Positions 9,946-18,492 of a stretch of DNA of 64,000 nucleotides are shown here, piece by piece. Every line of letters begins with the position of its first letter. Position 1 is the first letter of the stretch. The stretch is from positions 160,001-224,000 of the forward strand of contig CAWAUM010000012.1 in assembly GCA_963785235.1 (NCBI GenBank), in the 5' to 3' direction. This stretch comes from an uncultured delta proteobacterium. GTDB lineage: Bacteria; Desulfobacterota; Desulfomonilia; UBA1062. The notes below the pieces were generated by a model. The model did not search any database, was not told the DNA's origin, and saw only the letters and a program-made list of their open reading frames with translations. The translations under genes and the position numbers were made by a program.

Positions 9946-11485
9946 TCATTTGAAAAAGATATCCCACTCTTCAAGATTTTTGCATTTGTTGGGCAGAACC
10001 ACCTTGAGCTCGGCCAGCTCATCGTTCCAGAATTCTCCCTGGAACGGGATAGACTACAATGCCCTGCAATGAACCTTTGCCTGGCTTCTGTTCATCAGTA
10101 TAATGGTATTGATTGACCCGCTGGTACATATCGAGACCTATCTCATAGGCCATCATATGTGCCTCCTCTTCGTACTGCAAAAGGGCATCGGCATACTTCT
10201 CATACTCCGATTCCATTAGGATCTTCAGGTTCGAGGTGCTTTCCTCTATCTGGTATGCATAGATCTTATCAAGATACCCATAGAACGCATCGCTGCCTTC
10301 CTTCCTGAACCCAGCGCACAGGGCACTCTCCTTTTCCAGGAGCTGGAGAAAAGCCCAGGTCTGCTTGATGTTCCTCTTGTTCAGGACCAGAAGCAGCAGC
10401 TCGTTGTTCTCGCTTATCTTGCCGCGCTGATAGATGCCGCTTAAGGCCTTGCCGTAATGCCCCTTGAACTCATCCACCACGCCCATGGCACTCTGGTAAT
10501 GGCATACATCCTTATAGATGAATGACTTCAGCATGTAGTATTCCGGCGTCAGATAGTTTCTGTAACTCGGGGCCTCAAAGGCATACAGCAGGCCCATGGC
10601 CTTTTCCGGATTTCCCATCCGGTACTGGGCCCATGCCCTTTCCAGGAGATTCTGGGACTGGGAAAGGATATTCTGCTCGATAGTCTCATAGAGCAGGTCG
10701 GATTCCTTGAATTTACCCTGCTCATAGAGCAGCCGTGCCAGGGTCTTGCGAACATCGTCCTTGAGGGACTCATCCGTGCAAGAGCCGGAAAGGATCTGGT
10801 TCAAAAGGGGCACCGCCTCATCGATCCGGTTATTGTAGATCTTCAGCAAGGCTTTCTGGTTCAAAAATTTGTAGTAATAATAGGTGCCTGGTTTGATCTT
10901 GGCGAAATGTTCATCCCCCCAGGTAATAAAACCATGTTCCCAGTCATAGACGCCCTGGTGATAATTGATGAAGGCCGAGAGGTTCCCGTCCGCATATCCG
11001 AATTCCTGGTCGCATACGGTCTGGGTGATGATCAGATCGTTGTCAAATGCCTGGGAACGGGACATGGTCTCGAATATCTCCATGCTGTACTCGACTATCT
11101 TTGGGTTGGGTTTCCTGGAGACAAGCCGGGCCAGGATGTCGGCTGCTGCATGGGAATAACCCAGCTTCTTCAGTGAGACGCCTAAAAAAAACTCGGCCCA
11201 CTCGTAATCGGCCGCATCCGGTGAATAGGCGCTGATATACTCATAGAAATAGGGGCAGGCCATCTCATAGTTTTGGTCTTTGAACAGCTCATATCCCGTC
11301 AGGAAATTCGTCTGATCAAGTTGGACCTGGGCCTTAGGTTCTTTCGCGTCGGGTGTAACAGGTTCTGGTGTTACAGCTTCGGGTGTTACAGGCTCCATTG
11401 TAACAGCGTCGGGCAATGCTGCATATCCGGAACTGAAAAGCCCCAAGCAGAAAGCTATGATGAGAATGGGAAGTATTCTATTCAT
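9942..11485 (-). CDS. Periplasmic TPR protein, GltC-like (frameshift at ~10046)
   Basis: Signal peptide MNRILPILIIAFCLGLFSSGYA; LLERAWAQY and IYKDVCHY motifs; removing one base at ~10046 gives the C-terminus YPFQGEFWNDELAELKVVLPNKC, matching the GltC-type PFxGExWxDEL...C motif. Confidence 0.8.
11346..11413. repeat. Coding tandem repeat, ~4.5 x 15 bp (Pro/Thr linker)
   Basis: GCGTCGGGTGTAACA / GGTTCTGGTGTTACA / GCTTCGGGTGTTACA / GGCTCCATTGTAACA, encoding PDAVTMEPVTPEAVTPEPVTPDA. Confidence 0.85.
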
Positions 11486-12200
11486 TGTTGTCTTTCTTTT
11501 CAAGATATCCTTTGAGCTTCTCGACGGTTTCATCCTGCTCAGTCTTGTCGGGGAACAGATTGAACTGGAACGAAAGGCCGATACCGAAATACACGTTGTT
11601 CTCTGTCTTGTCCTTTTTCATGTTGATCAAGTCCCTGATCTCAAGGGTCATGCAGAGATTCTTGTTAAGAAAATAACGGGTGCCGGCGCCTACGCAGACG
11701 GAAGGGTCGCTCTCGGCATCCTTTTCGCCGTTGCTGTACTTCTTTTCATAATTGATGATGCCGCCGCCTAAGATAAGGTAACTTTCATGGTTTATGATGC
11801 CTTTGTTCCAAAGGGCTTCCTTTCCATACAGCGGTTTGATGATGAGGTTTGAGTGGACCATGTATTTGGGCTCCAGGAACACCTCGGGCGTGACACCAAA
11901 TTCCTTTTCGAGCTTGCCCTTGATGTCCTTCTCCCGGGTGAACATGAACTGGCCTCTCGCAACCTCCCAGGCCAGGTAGCCGTTGAAGTGATAGGTGTAG
12001 CCTATCCCTACGGGATATACGTTGAAAAAATCATCATCGGGAATGTAGCCGAAGTTCAGGCCTATTTCATGATAGCGGTGAAACACCCTCTCCTGGATGG
12101 CAAATACCTTCTCATCATCTTTGGTATCCTGGCACAGACCAGGGCTCGAGATCAGGATCGCGAACAGAATCAGGATGCCTAGCACAGATCTTTTATTCAT
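11478..12200 (-). CDS. Outer-membrane beta-barrel protein, GltA/GltB/GltH-like
   Basis: 240 aa; signal peptide; VFAIQERVF..HE, YTYHFN..LAWE, KPLYGK and GAGTRYFL motifs; alternating strand pattern ending GLSFQF. Confidence 0.8.
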   Translation of the reverse strand: MNKRSVLGILILFAILISSPGLCQDTKDDEKVFAIQERVFHRYHEIGLNFGYIPDDDFFNVYPVGIGYTYHFNGYLAWEVARGQFMFTREKDIKGKLEKEFGVTPEVFLEPKYMVHSNLIIKPLYGKEALWNKGIINHESYLILGGGIINYEKKYSNGEKDAESDPSVCVGAGTRYFLNKNLCMTLEIRDLINMKKDKTENNVYFGIGLSFQFNLFPDKTEQDETVEKLKGYLEKKDNNE

Positions 12201-12213
12201 TGCTCTTAACTCC

Positions 12214-14754
12214 TTAGAACCCTACGATATCGAAAATGAACGGATAGGATACGATCACTTCACTCCCCTCGGGCTGAGGGAATTCCCATGATTTTATTGC
12301 ATACTGTATGCAGGAATGGATATCAGTTGAATTGAGCGTGGATGACTTGATCTTTACCTCTCCGACCTTGCCCGACATCAGGATCTTCCATTCGAACACG
12401 ACCCTTCCCATGAGCGACGGGCTTGCCACCAGCGCCGTTTCATAACACCTGGTGATCTCATCAAGGTGCTGGTCAATGATCTTCTTGACCTCTTCCCTGC
12501 TCATGCCTCCGCCCTGAACCTTAACGGTCTTGTTCAGCTGGGCGCTCACCTTTGCCTTGACCTGCTGCGTGCCTGTACTGCCCTTTTCCAGTGCGGCAAC
12601 CCTTACTTCTCCGCCAGGACCACCTGATCCACCGGTTCCGGTACCGTCACCTGTCCCTGAACCACCTGTCCCTCCACTACTCCTTAAGACCTGTGAAGAT
12701 CCCTTGGTGCTCACGATGCCCGCCTTTGGTATCTCGATCCTTCCACCACCCAGTTTGCCTACGATGCCGCCGACCTTGAACTGGGCCTTGTTTTCAGCCG
12801 GACTGCTTACTGCATCCAGGTTTGTAACCGCTGCCATGGCTTCGGTGGGTTTTATGCCGATACTATCCCCGAGCATGCTGAGGAGCCCTGCCTGGTGAAT
12901 ATTCTTCGTTGAGACATTACCCTCCCCTGATCCGCCTCCGGACCCAGTACCAGATCCGGTACCATTGCCACCCGTCCCTGAACCGCCGCCGCCCGAGGTT
13001 GATGTACGCGAGGAGGCAGCCTTTGACGGTGCAGACTGGGCGGTAGCAAGGCGGTGATCATTTGATAGAGCTGTGATGTGCCTTTTCCCTATTTTCTGTG
13101 CAAACTGCTCTTCTTTCAGCTTGATGATCTCAGGCGGTTTCTTAGGGACCTCGGGTGCCTGAGCTATCTTCTTGATCTCGTTTAACTGCCTGGTATCCAC
13201 CTGAACAAATCGGCCTTTATCCTGGAGCTCCGGTTCGTATTTGTAGGTAGGCATCATCCCCAGGATCACCAAGATGATGACATGAACGATCACCGATCTT
13301 GTGAAGTGCCGCGCATACACCTTGTCATTATTCAGGGTTCCCTTTACCGGCGGGCTGACACAAGGGCTTGTCTGCCTGAGGAGATATTCGTATGGACCCA
13401 GGTGTATGACTACCTCTTCATGGCGGCCAATGGGTCTTGACTGTGCCCCTGGAACACTTCTCTTGAAGGATTCCAGGTCACTGGGAATTTCATGCCCCAT
13501 TCCCAGGGCATGGCCTGCCTCGATGCAACCATCCGCCTGATCATCCAGATAGAGAAACATCTCGCCCGCGCCCTTGTTCTCGGCAAGGCAAAACAGCCCC
13601 TTATCTTTCCGGATGAGGTATTTCTCCTGTGCGTGCAGAAACCTCACATCGATAATGTCATCATTCCTGCTCTGGACAATCTCCAGAAGGATCTCATTAT
13701 CGGTTATCCTGTTGCTGACTGATGCCGCCAAGGCAACGCCGTTCTTTATACTTTCTTTCAGAGAGAATGTTGCCCGGGCCTCTTCATCGTCATCTTCATC
13801 GTCATCTTCTATGACGGCTGCCTTTCTCATACCCTGCAGCTCTGTGGATACGACACCGGAGGTTTCATGGCTCTCCTGGCCGCCAAGGGCATGGATGGAT
13901 GAACCTGTTTGGGGCTCATTACATTGGCCCTCTGATGTGTCCAACTCTCGAGGATCAGGTTCGGCCTCCTTATGGACAGGTGAGCTTTGGTCAGTGCTGC
14001 GCTCAATGGAACACAAGGCGCCGGTGTCCTCGAACCTGGCCTGAAGCTCTACAACAGAGCGATAATCCGCATTCCTCTTGAGTATGGCCTTCCTGCCCGA
14101 AAACAGTCTCTCTATAGAGCTCTCATCTTTCTTGAACAAGCCCTTGAGGTTCTTCCTGACCTCATCAAGGGATGCACCCTCACGGATGCGGCCTTCAAAT
14201 ATCAGGTTGTATCGATCCGGACCGTCCGGCAGTTCATCCATGCCCGAACCGGTTTTGGACTGGTCGGTATCAGCGTTATCCCGGGTCTCATGCATTATGG
14301 CATTTTCTTGCAGACGTTCAACATCCGGAGCTTTCTTATCCGGCCCCGCAGCCGCCTTTTCATGTCGCTGAGAAGTTCCCTTCAGGGATGCACCCGGAGC
14401 ACCCTGCCCCTTGCCATTCCTGTTCATTTTAGCCTTGATGGTATAGGGCCCGATCAACAGGGAATCCAGGGGGTTGACTGCCATGGACTCGCAGATACCG
14501 TCATTACCGGATCCCGGATAGGAAACCATGAGACGTCCATCCATGACGCAGAGCACTGCATGGATATTCGATACACCCTGATCGCTGAGCTGAAGATCAG
14601 TATCATTGCCACTGCCTATGGTGATCTCTTTCTTACAGAAGCAATCCCATCCCAGGCACTCTTCTCCCCTAAAGACAAATAACTGGATCATGGGGAGGTC
14701 ATCTGCAGCCCTCAGATTCAATGTCTGTTTCTCCATAATTTGCTCATTATCCAT
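12214..14754 (-). CDS. GltG/PglI-like inner-membrane energy transducer (FHA-like N-terminus, one TM, Pro/Gly-rich linker, TonB-C/AgmX-type C-terminus)
   Basis: 846 aa; ITIGSG..DLQL..VS..HA FHA-like motif; TM SVIVHVIILVILG; C-terminus ITRCYE..L..PSLMGRV..EW.I..SGKV..C..WEFPQPEG..V.VSYPFIF. Confidence 0.85.
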   Translation of the reverse strand: MDNEQIMEKQTLNLRAADDLPMIQLFVFRGEECLGWDCFCKKEITIGSGNDTDLQLSDQGVSNIHAVLCVMDGRLMVSYPGSGNDGICESMAVNPLDSLLIGPYTIKAKMNRNGKGQGAPGASLKGTSQRHEKAAAGPDKKAPDVERLQENAIMHETRDNADTDQSKTGSGMDELPDGPDRYNLIFEGRIREGASLDEVRKNLKGLFKKDESSIERLFSGRKAILKRNADYRSVVELQARFEDTGALCSIERSTDQSSPVHKEAEPDPRELDTSEGQCNEPQTGSSIHALGGQESHETSGVVSTELQGMRKAAVIEDDDEDDDEEARATFSLKESIKNGVALAASVSNRITDNEILLEIVQSRNDDIIDVRFLHAQEKYLIRKDKGLFCLAENKGAGEMFLYLDDQADGCIEAGHALGMGHEIPSDLESFKRSVPGAQSRPIGRHEEVVIHLGPYEYLLRQTSPCVSPPVKGTLNNDKVYARHFTRSVIVHVIILVILGMMPTYKYEPELQDKGRFVQVDTRQLNEIKKIAQAPEVPKKPPEIIKLKEEQFAQKIGKRHITALSNDHRLATAQSAPSKAASSRTSTSGGGGSGTGGNGTGSGTGSGGGSGEGNVSTKNIHQAGLLSMLGDSIGIKPTEAMAAVTNLDAVSSPAENKAQFKVGGIVGKLGGGRIEIPKAGIVSTKGSSQVLRSSGGTGGSGTGDGTGTGGSGGPGGEVRVAALEKGSTGTQQVKAKVSAQLNKTVKVQGGGMSREEVKKIIDQHLDEITRCYETALVASPSLMGRVVFEWKILMSGKVGEVKIKSSTLNSTDIHSCIQYAIKSWEFPQPEGSEVIVSYPFIFDIVGF

Positions 14755-14804
14755 TATAGTTTTCCAAGCTGAAGCCTTATGGCTTCAAGCCATCAGGGTC
14801 TCGA

Positions 14805-15218
14805 TCAATATCCATCCTGGGAGACCAGATGATCCTTGCCTTGACGTTCGCTGGTATTTGACTGATTCTCTTTTTGATCCTTGATTTTTACCCTGGCGGC
14901 ATCAACCAAGAAGCCATCAAGGATCTCTTCACGATAATCCTGGCGATACTTGAGCATGCTCTTGATCTCGCTTTTTTTTCGCTGGAGGAGATAGACCGCC
15001 CCTGACTTGATTGTCTGTCCGATAATGTATGTATTGCCGAAATCGATTCTATTCGTACGTGACTCGAGTGTGTCTTTCGTTATTGCTGGTTCCTCTTTCT
15101 GAGTTATTCCCTGGTCCTTCTCTTGAGCGGATGCTGCCCACAGGGTTGTATATATTGCTGTGAGAATAAAAAAGATCGCTGCAATTATCAGCATTAGTTT
15201 TCTTAGTATATCTCTCAT
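14805..15218 (-). CDS. Small exported protein, GltF/CglF-like
   Basis: 137 aa; signal peptide; RIDFGNTYIIGQTIKSGAVYLLQRKKSEIKSMLKYRQDYREEI fits the IDF...I.G...K...YL..R......L...R..F pattern; sits directly upstream of the GltG-like gene. Confidence 0.7.
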   Translation of the reverse strand: MRDILRKLMLIIAAIFFILTAIYTTLWAASAQEKDQGITQKEEPAITKDTLESRTNRIDFGNTYIIGQTIKSGAVYLLQRKKSEIKSMLKYRQDYREEILDGFLVDAARVKIKDQKENQSNTSERQGKDHLVSQDGY

Positions 15219-15230
15219 GGAATCATCCCC

Positions 15231-15710
15231 TTACTGCTTCAGCACTCCAAACTGGAAATTGGGAAATCCGGCCATTCCGGCTGTCTTGATGATGCCGTTA
15301 ATGGTTTTGAACGAAAGGCGTTTATCACACAGGAACAGGACAAGGCTCTTGTCCTTGCCCTCGACATTTTCTTGAGCCGTCTTCTGGCGGCATTTTACAA
15401 GCTTCTGGTACAGCACCGAGCCTTGGAGATTATTGAGATCAAGACCCACGACAGCCCCATCCTTTATCTGTGCAATGGGCTCTTCTCCCAACCACATGGT
15501 GTTCTCTGAAACAGCAAGCCTGATGCTGTCCGTAAAATCTCCTTTGGCCGTTGATTTCGGCAGGCTGATGTTCCCATCAATGCTGAAACGGGCGACTTGA
15601 TCCGAAAATGATGCAAGCAGGAAGATGAGAAGAAAGGTGAAGATATCCACCATCGATGTCATTATTAATTTGGGGGGGGTAACCCTTCTTGAATGACTGC
15701 CCAATGCCAT
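15231..15710 (-). CDS. exbD: ExbD/TolR family motor subunit (AglQ-like, Asp-containing TM)
   Basis: 159 aa; TM TSMVDIFTFLLIFLL; LPKS and CDKRLSF..I..TAGMAGF. Confidence 0.9.
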   Translation of the reverse strand: MALGSHSRRVTPPKLIMTSMVDIFTFLLIFLLASFSDQVARFSIDGNISLPKSTAKGDFTDSIRLAVSENTMWLGEEPIAQIKDGAVVGLDLNNLQGSVLYQKLVKCRQKTAQENVEGKDKSLVLFLCDKRLSFKTINGIIKTAGMAGFPNFQFGVLKQ

Positions 15711-15721
15711 AGCTGCTCTCC

Positions 15722-16231
15722 TTACCCGATCTTCCCTGATATCACTACATTGGGGAATAACTGGCCATCCTTTGAAAACCGGGCAACATCCATGGCCTGG
15801 ATGATGGTGTCGTAGATGATGCTATTATCCGGAATGATAATGACGGTATCGCTTTTGGGATATTGCGTTTTAATTGTTTGAAGGAATGAAGCGAGTTTGC
15901 CTAATGGGTATTGCGCCGTGTTCTCTTTTGGAAAAAAGGTTCCTAATCGATTCAGTGTCTCAGGATCAACCTCATCACACAGTGCTGATAAATTAATGCC
16001 CTTATTATCGAGTTCCACAACTACCGTGACCTTGATGTTACTTTCCTGGACCTTCTCACCTTCAGAATTCCCCAGAACCGGGACGGAAGTGTTGATGGCC
16101 CTGAGATTAAAGAAGCTGAAGGATATGAGTAGAAGAAGAACTATCACCAGGAACACATTCATGACCGGGGTAACATCTATATCAGCCTCTTCTTCATCTG
16201 GCCTTTTTCGGTTGTGCCTGGAACCTAGCAT
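15722..16231 (-). CDS. exbD: ExbD/TolR family motor subunit (Asn in place of the catalytic Asp)
   Basis: 169 aa; TM DVTPVMNVFLVIVLLLL; C-terminus PDNSIIYDTIIQAMDVAR...LFPNV. Confidence 0.88.
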   Translation of the reverse strand: MLGSRHNRKRPDEEEADIDVTPVMNVFLVIVLLLLISFSFFNLRAINTSVPVLGNSEGEKVQESNIKVTVVVELDNKGINLSALCDEVDPETLNRLGTFFPKENTAQYPLGKLASFLQTIKTQYPKSDTVIIIPDNSIIYDTIIQAMDVARFSKDGQLFPNVVISGKIG

Positions 16232-16860
16232 TGCGATTCCTTTTCATGCTTCAGAGATGAAAGAATATTGAAAAGCCTCAATGCCTTGTGCTCCAACTCA
16301 TCGATTACAGACTCACCCTTGTTGTTGATGATATAAAAACCAATCAGGCATGGTATGGCGATTAAAAGTCCGAAGGCCGTTGTCAGCATGGCAACTGAGA
16401 TACCGCTTGCAAGTATCTCCTGCTTCATGCTGTCACTCGCATGCGCTACACCTTCGAATGCGGTGATCAACCCATGAATTGCTCCAAGCAGGCCGATGAG
16501 CGTTGCGATATTTGCGAACATGGAGAACAGGTTTGTCTTGCTCTTGATCCTCGGGATCTCCCTGATTATCTCCTCTTCCATTGCCCGTTCGATTTCCTTG
16601 TCTCTCTTGTCTGACTTCATGAGACCGGCCTTTAAAATCCTGCCCAGAGGATGCTTTTCAATCCGGGTGCATTCCTCGATAGCAGCCCTGAAATTATATT
16701 TCTCCAAAGACAGCACAATCTTCTGAAATGCCTGATCCGTATCCAGCCTTAGGCGGAAAAATAAATAGCTTGCGCGTTCACAAAACAATGCGAAGGCAAT
16801 AATTGAAACAAACAAGATGGGGTGCATGAAAAAACCACCTTTTATATAGAGCGATAACAT
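16225..16860 (-). CDS. MotA/TolQ/ExbB proton channel protein (AglR-like)
   Basis: 211 aa; GGFFMHPI..ER; ATLIGLLGAIHGLITAF; GISVAMLTTAFGLLIAIP; AGGAG RBS. Confidence 0.93.
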   Translation of the reverse strand: MLSLYIKGGFFMHPILFVSIIAFALFCERASYLFFRLRLDTDQAFQKIVLSLEKYNFRAAIEECTRIEKHPLGRILKAGLMKSDKRDKEIERAMEEEIIREIPRIKSKTNLFSMFANIATLIGLLGAIHGLITAFEGVAHASDSMKQEILASGISVAMLTTAFGLLIAIPCLIGFYIINNKGESVIDELEHKALRLFNILSSLKHEKESQC

Positions 16861-17004
16861 AAAGTCTCCTTTCTCATTCTGTAATAACTCAGTAGGATGC
16901 CCAAACTAATTACATTTAATACTACTAAAGATGTTACTTATTACAGTTTCATTGCGCCAAATTATCAATTTAGTTATTAAATCTACCGCTTGGTGTTCCC
17001 CATG

Positions 17005-17020
17005 AGCAGTTTTTGTGCCA
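17005..17020 (-). promoter_or_regulatory. Sigma54 (-24/-12) promoter of the motor/Glt/adhesin operon
   Basis: Minus strand TGGCAC-AAAAA-CTGCT (GG-N10-GC), ~145 nt upstream of the ATG at 16860; AT-rich tract and near-IHF site AATCAAATATTAA (~17060-17072) further upstream. Confidence 0.75.
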
Positions 17021-17360
17021 TGTCTTGAGACGATATGTTTTGTCTTTTTTCTCATATCTTTAATATTTGATTTATTATCATTATGTTAAGATTTATTTTT
17101 TTGTAAATTATTCCCTGCCTGACCATTGAGTTTAGTGGTAATTTCCCTTCGACAGCCTGTGAAGAATTACATATTTTGTAAATGCAGTTACTTTATTGAA
17201 CGTGGATGTCGTTAATAGTAATTGCGATTCTCTTACACCTTTCTGAATCAATAGGAATAATCCACCGGTATGCATGCATGCACCGTGAGATAATCCTTAC
17301 TTTGAGCCTTTCCATTGTCTTTGCCATAAACTGTGTTTATAATCGCTAAAGGTCCAACCC

Positions 17361-18482
17361 ATGAACGAGCTTAAACACTCACTGCTTACGCTGAAACAGC
17401 AGGGCAGGCATATTATCGGCTGCCTCCCCCTCTATGCGCCGCTGGAGCTCCTGCATTCCTTCGGCCTTACTCCCGTGGTTCTCTGGGGGCTTCGATCAGA
17501 GGTGAAGGATCTTTCACGCAGCGACCGGCACCTCCAGAACTACACCTGCCAGGTGGCCCGTTGCCTGATGGAATTTATCCTTGAAAACAACCAATCCGTA
17601 TTCGATGCGCTCTTCATGTACAATGCATGCGATACCGTGCGGAACATGCCTGAGATCATCGAGGCCGGCCTGGCTGAGGATGGAATAAGCCTGAGCATCT
17701 TCAAACTCCATGTGCCTGCTGTCCCTCAAGACCGGTCCGGGGCGCAAAACTACCTGAGGGACCGTATCCATAGCTTGATTGCCGAACTGGAGGGATTCAC
17801 GCATCGATCTTTTTCGCCTCAGGAGTTCTCAGAAAGTGTGAATCTCTATGCCAGGCAGCGGGAGCTGTGCCGGAGATTAGAGGCTTTGTGCACCCAGGGC
17901 AGGACCACCTTTGCATCCTGCGCCTCCCTCCTGGAATCGGCTCACTTCATGAGGATCGAGGAGCACATCACCCTGCTGGAAAGGGAGGTTTTAAAGGCAC
18001 AGAAGATGCCCATCGACGCATCACCGCATAAAAAGCTGATGGTCAGCGGCATCCAGGCGCCGCCCGCAGAGCTGATTGAAGCCATGGAGTCTTCGGGCCT
18101 GCGCATCGTGGCGAACGACATGGCAACCCTGGCGCGGTGTTATGAATATTACCCGAAACCTTCAGCAGACCCAGGCGAGTACTACTACGACTTCTACTTC
18201 AACCATTACCCCTGCACCACCATACTCCCGGCAGGAGACCGCAGAATCGAGCTCATCAGAAAGCGCATTGTTGAAAGCGGAGCCCAAGGCTTCATCTTCT
18301 TCGGCGAGAAGTTCTGCGAGTATGAATACTTCGAGATCCCCTTTCTTAAGGATATGCTCAGATCTATCGGGGTGGATGTCCTGTCCCTGGAACTCGGCGC
18401 GGACGACCTCTCAAACCTCATGCCCCTTAAGACCCGCATCGAGGCCTTTGCAGAGATGCTGGGCGCCGTGAATGCATCCTAA
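17361..18482 (+). CDS. 2-hydroxyacyl-CoA dehydratase subunit (HgdB/FldC family)
   Basis: 373 aa; YAPLELLHSFG, LQNYTC, NACD and EKFCE motifs; C-terminal TRIEAFAEML. Confidence 0.9.
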   Translation: MNELKHSLLTLKQQGRHIIGCLPLYAPLELLHSFGLTPVVLWGLRSEVKDLSRSDRHLQNYTCQVARCLMEFILENNQSVFDALFMYNACDTVRNMPEIIEAGLAEDGISLSIFKLHVPAVPQDRSGAQNYLRDRIHSLIAELEGFTHRSFSPQEFSESVNLYARQRELCRRLEALCTQGRTTFASCASLLESAHFMRIEEHITLLEREVLKAQKMPIDASPHKKLMVSGIQAPPAELIEAMESSGLRIVANDMATLARCYEYYPKPSADPGEYYYDFYFNHYPCTTILPAGDRRIELIRKRIVESGAQGFIFFGEKFCEYEYFEIPFLKDMLRSIGVDVLSLELGADDLSNLMPLKTRIEAFAEMLGAVNAS

Positions 18483-18492
18483 GGAGCTGATC

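Noticed and set aside
6400-10060. Programmed ribosomal frameshifting or phase variation
   Set aside because: The sites share no slippery motif or long repeat tract and also occur in unrelated genes; a read-error pattern is simpler.
2013-16726. Numerous plus-strand ORFs (e.g. 3354..4193, 13987..14682)
   Set aside because: Antisense shadows of well-supported minus-strand genes.
12214-16860. Ordinary TonB-ExbBD uptake or Tol-Pal locus
   Set aside because: No TonB-dependent receptor, TolB or Pal; GltC/F/G-type motifs are present instead.
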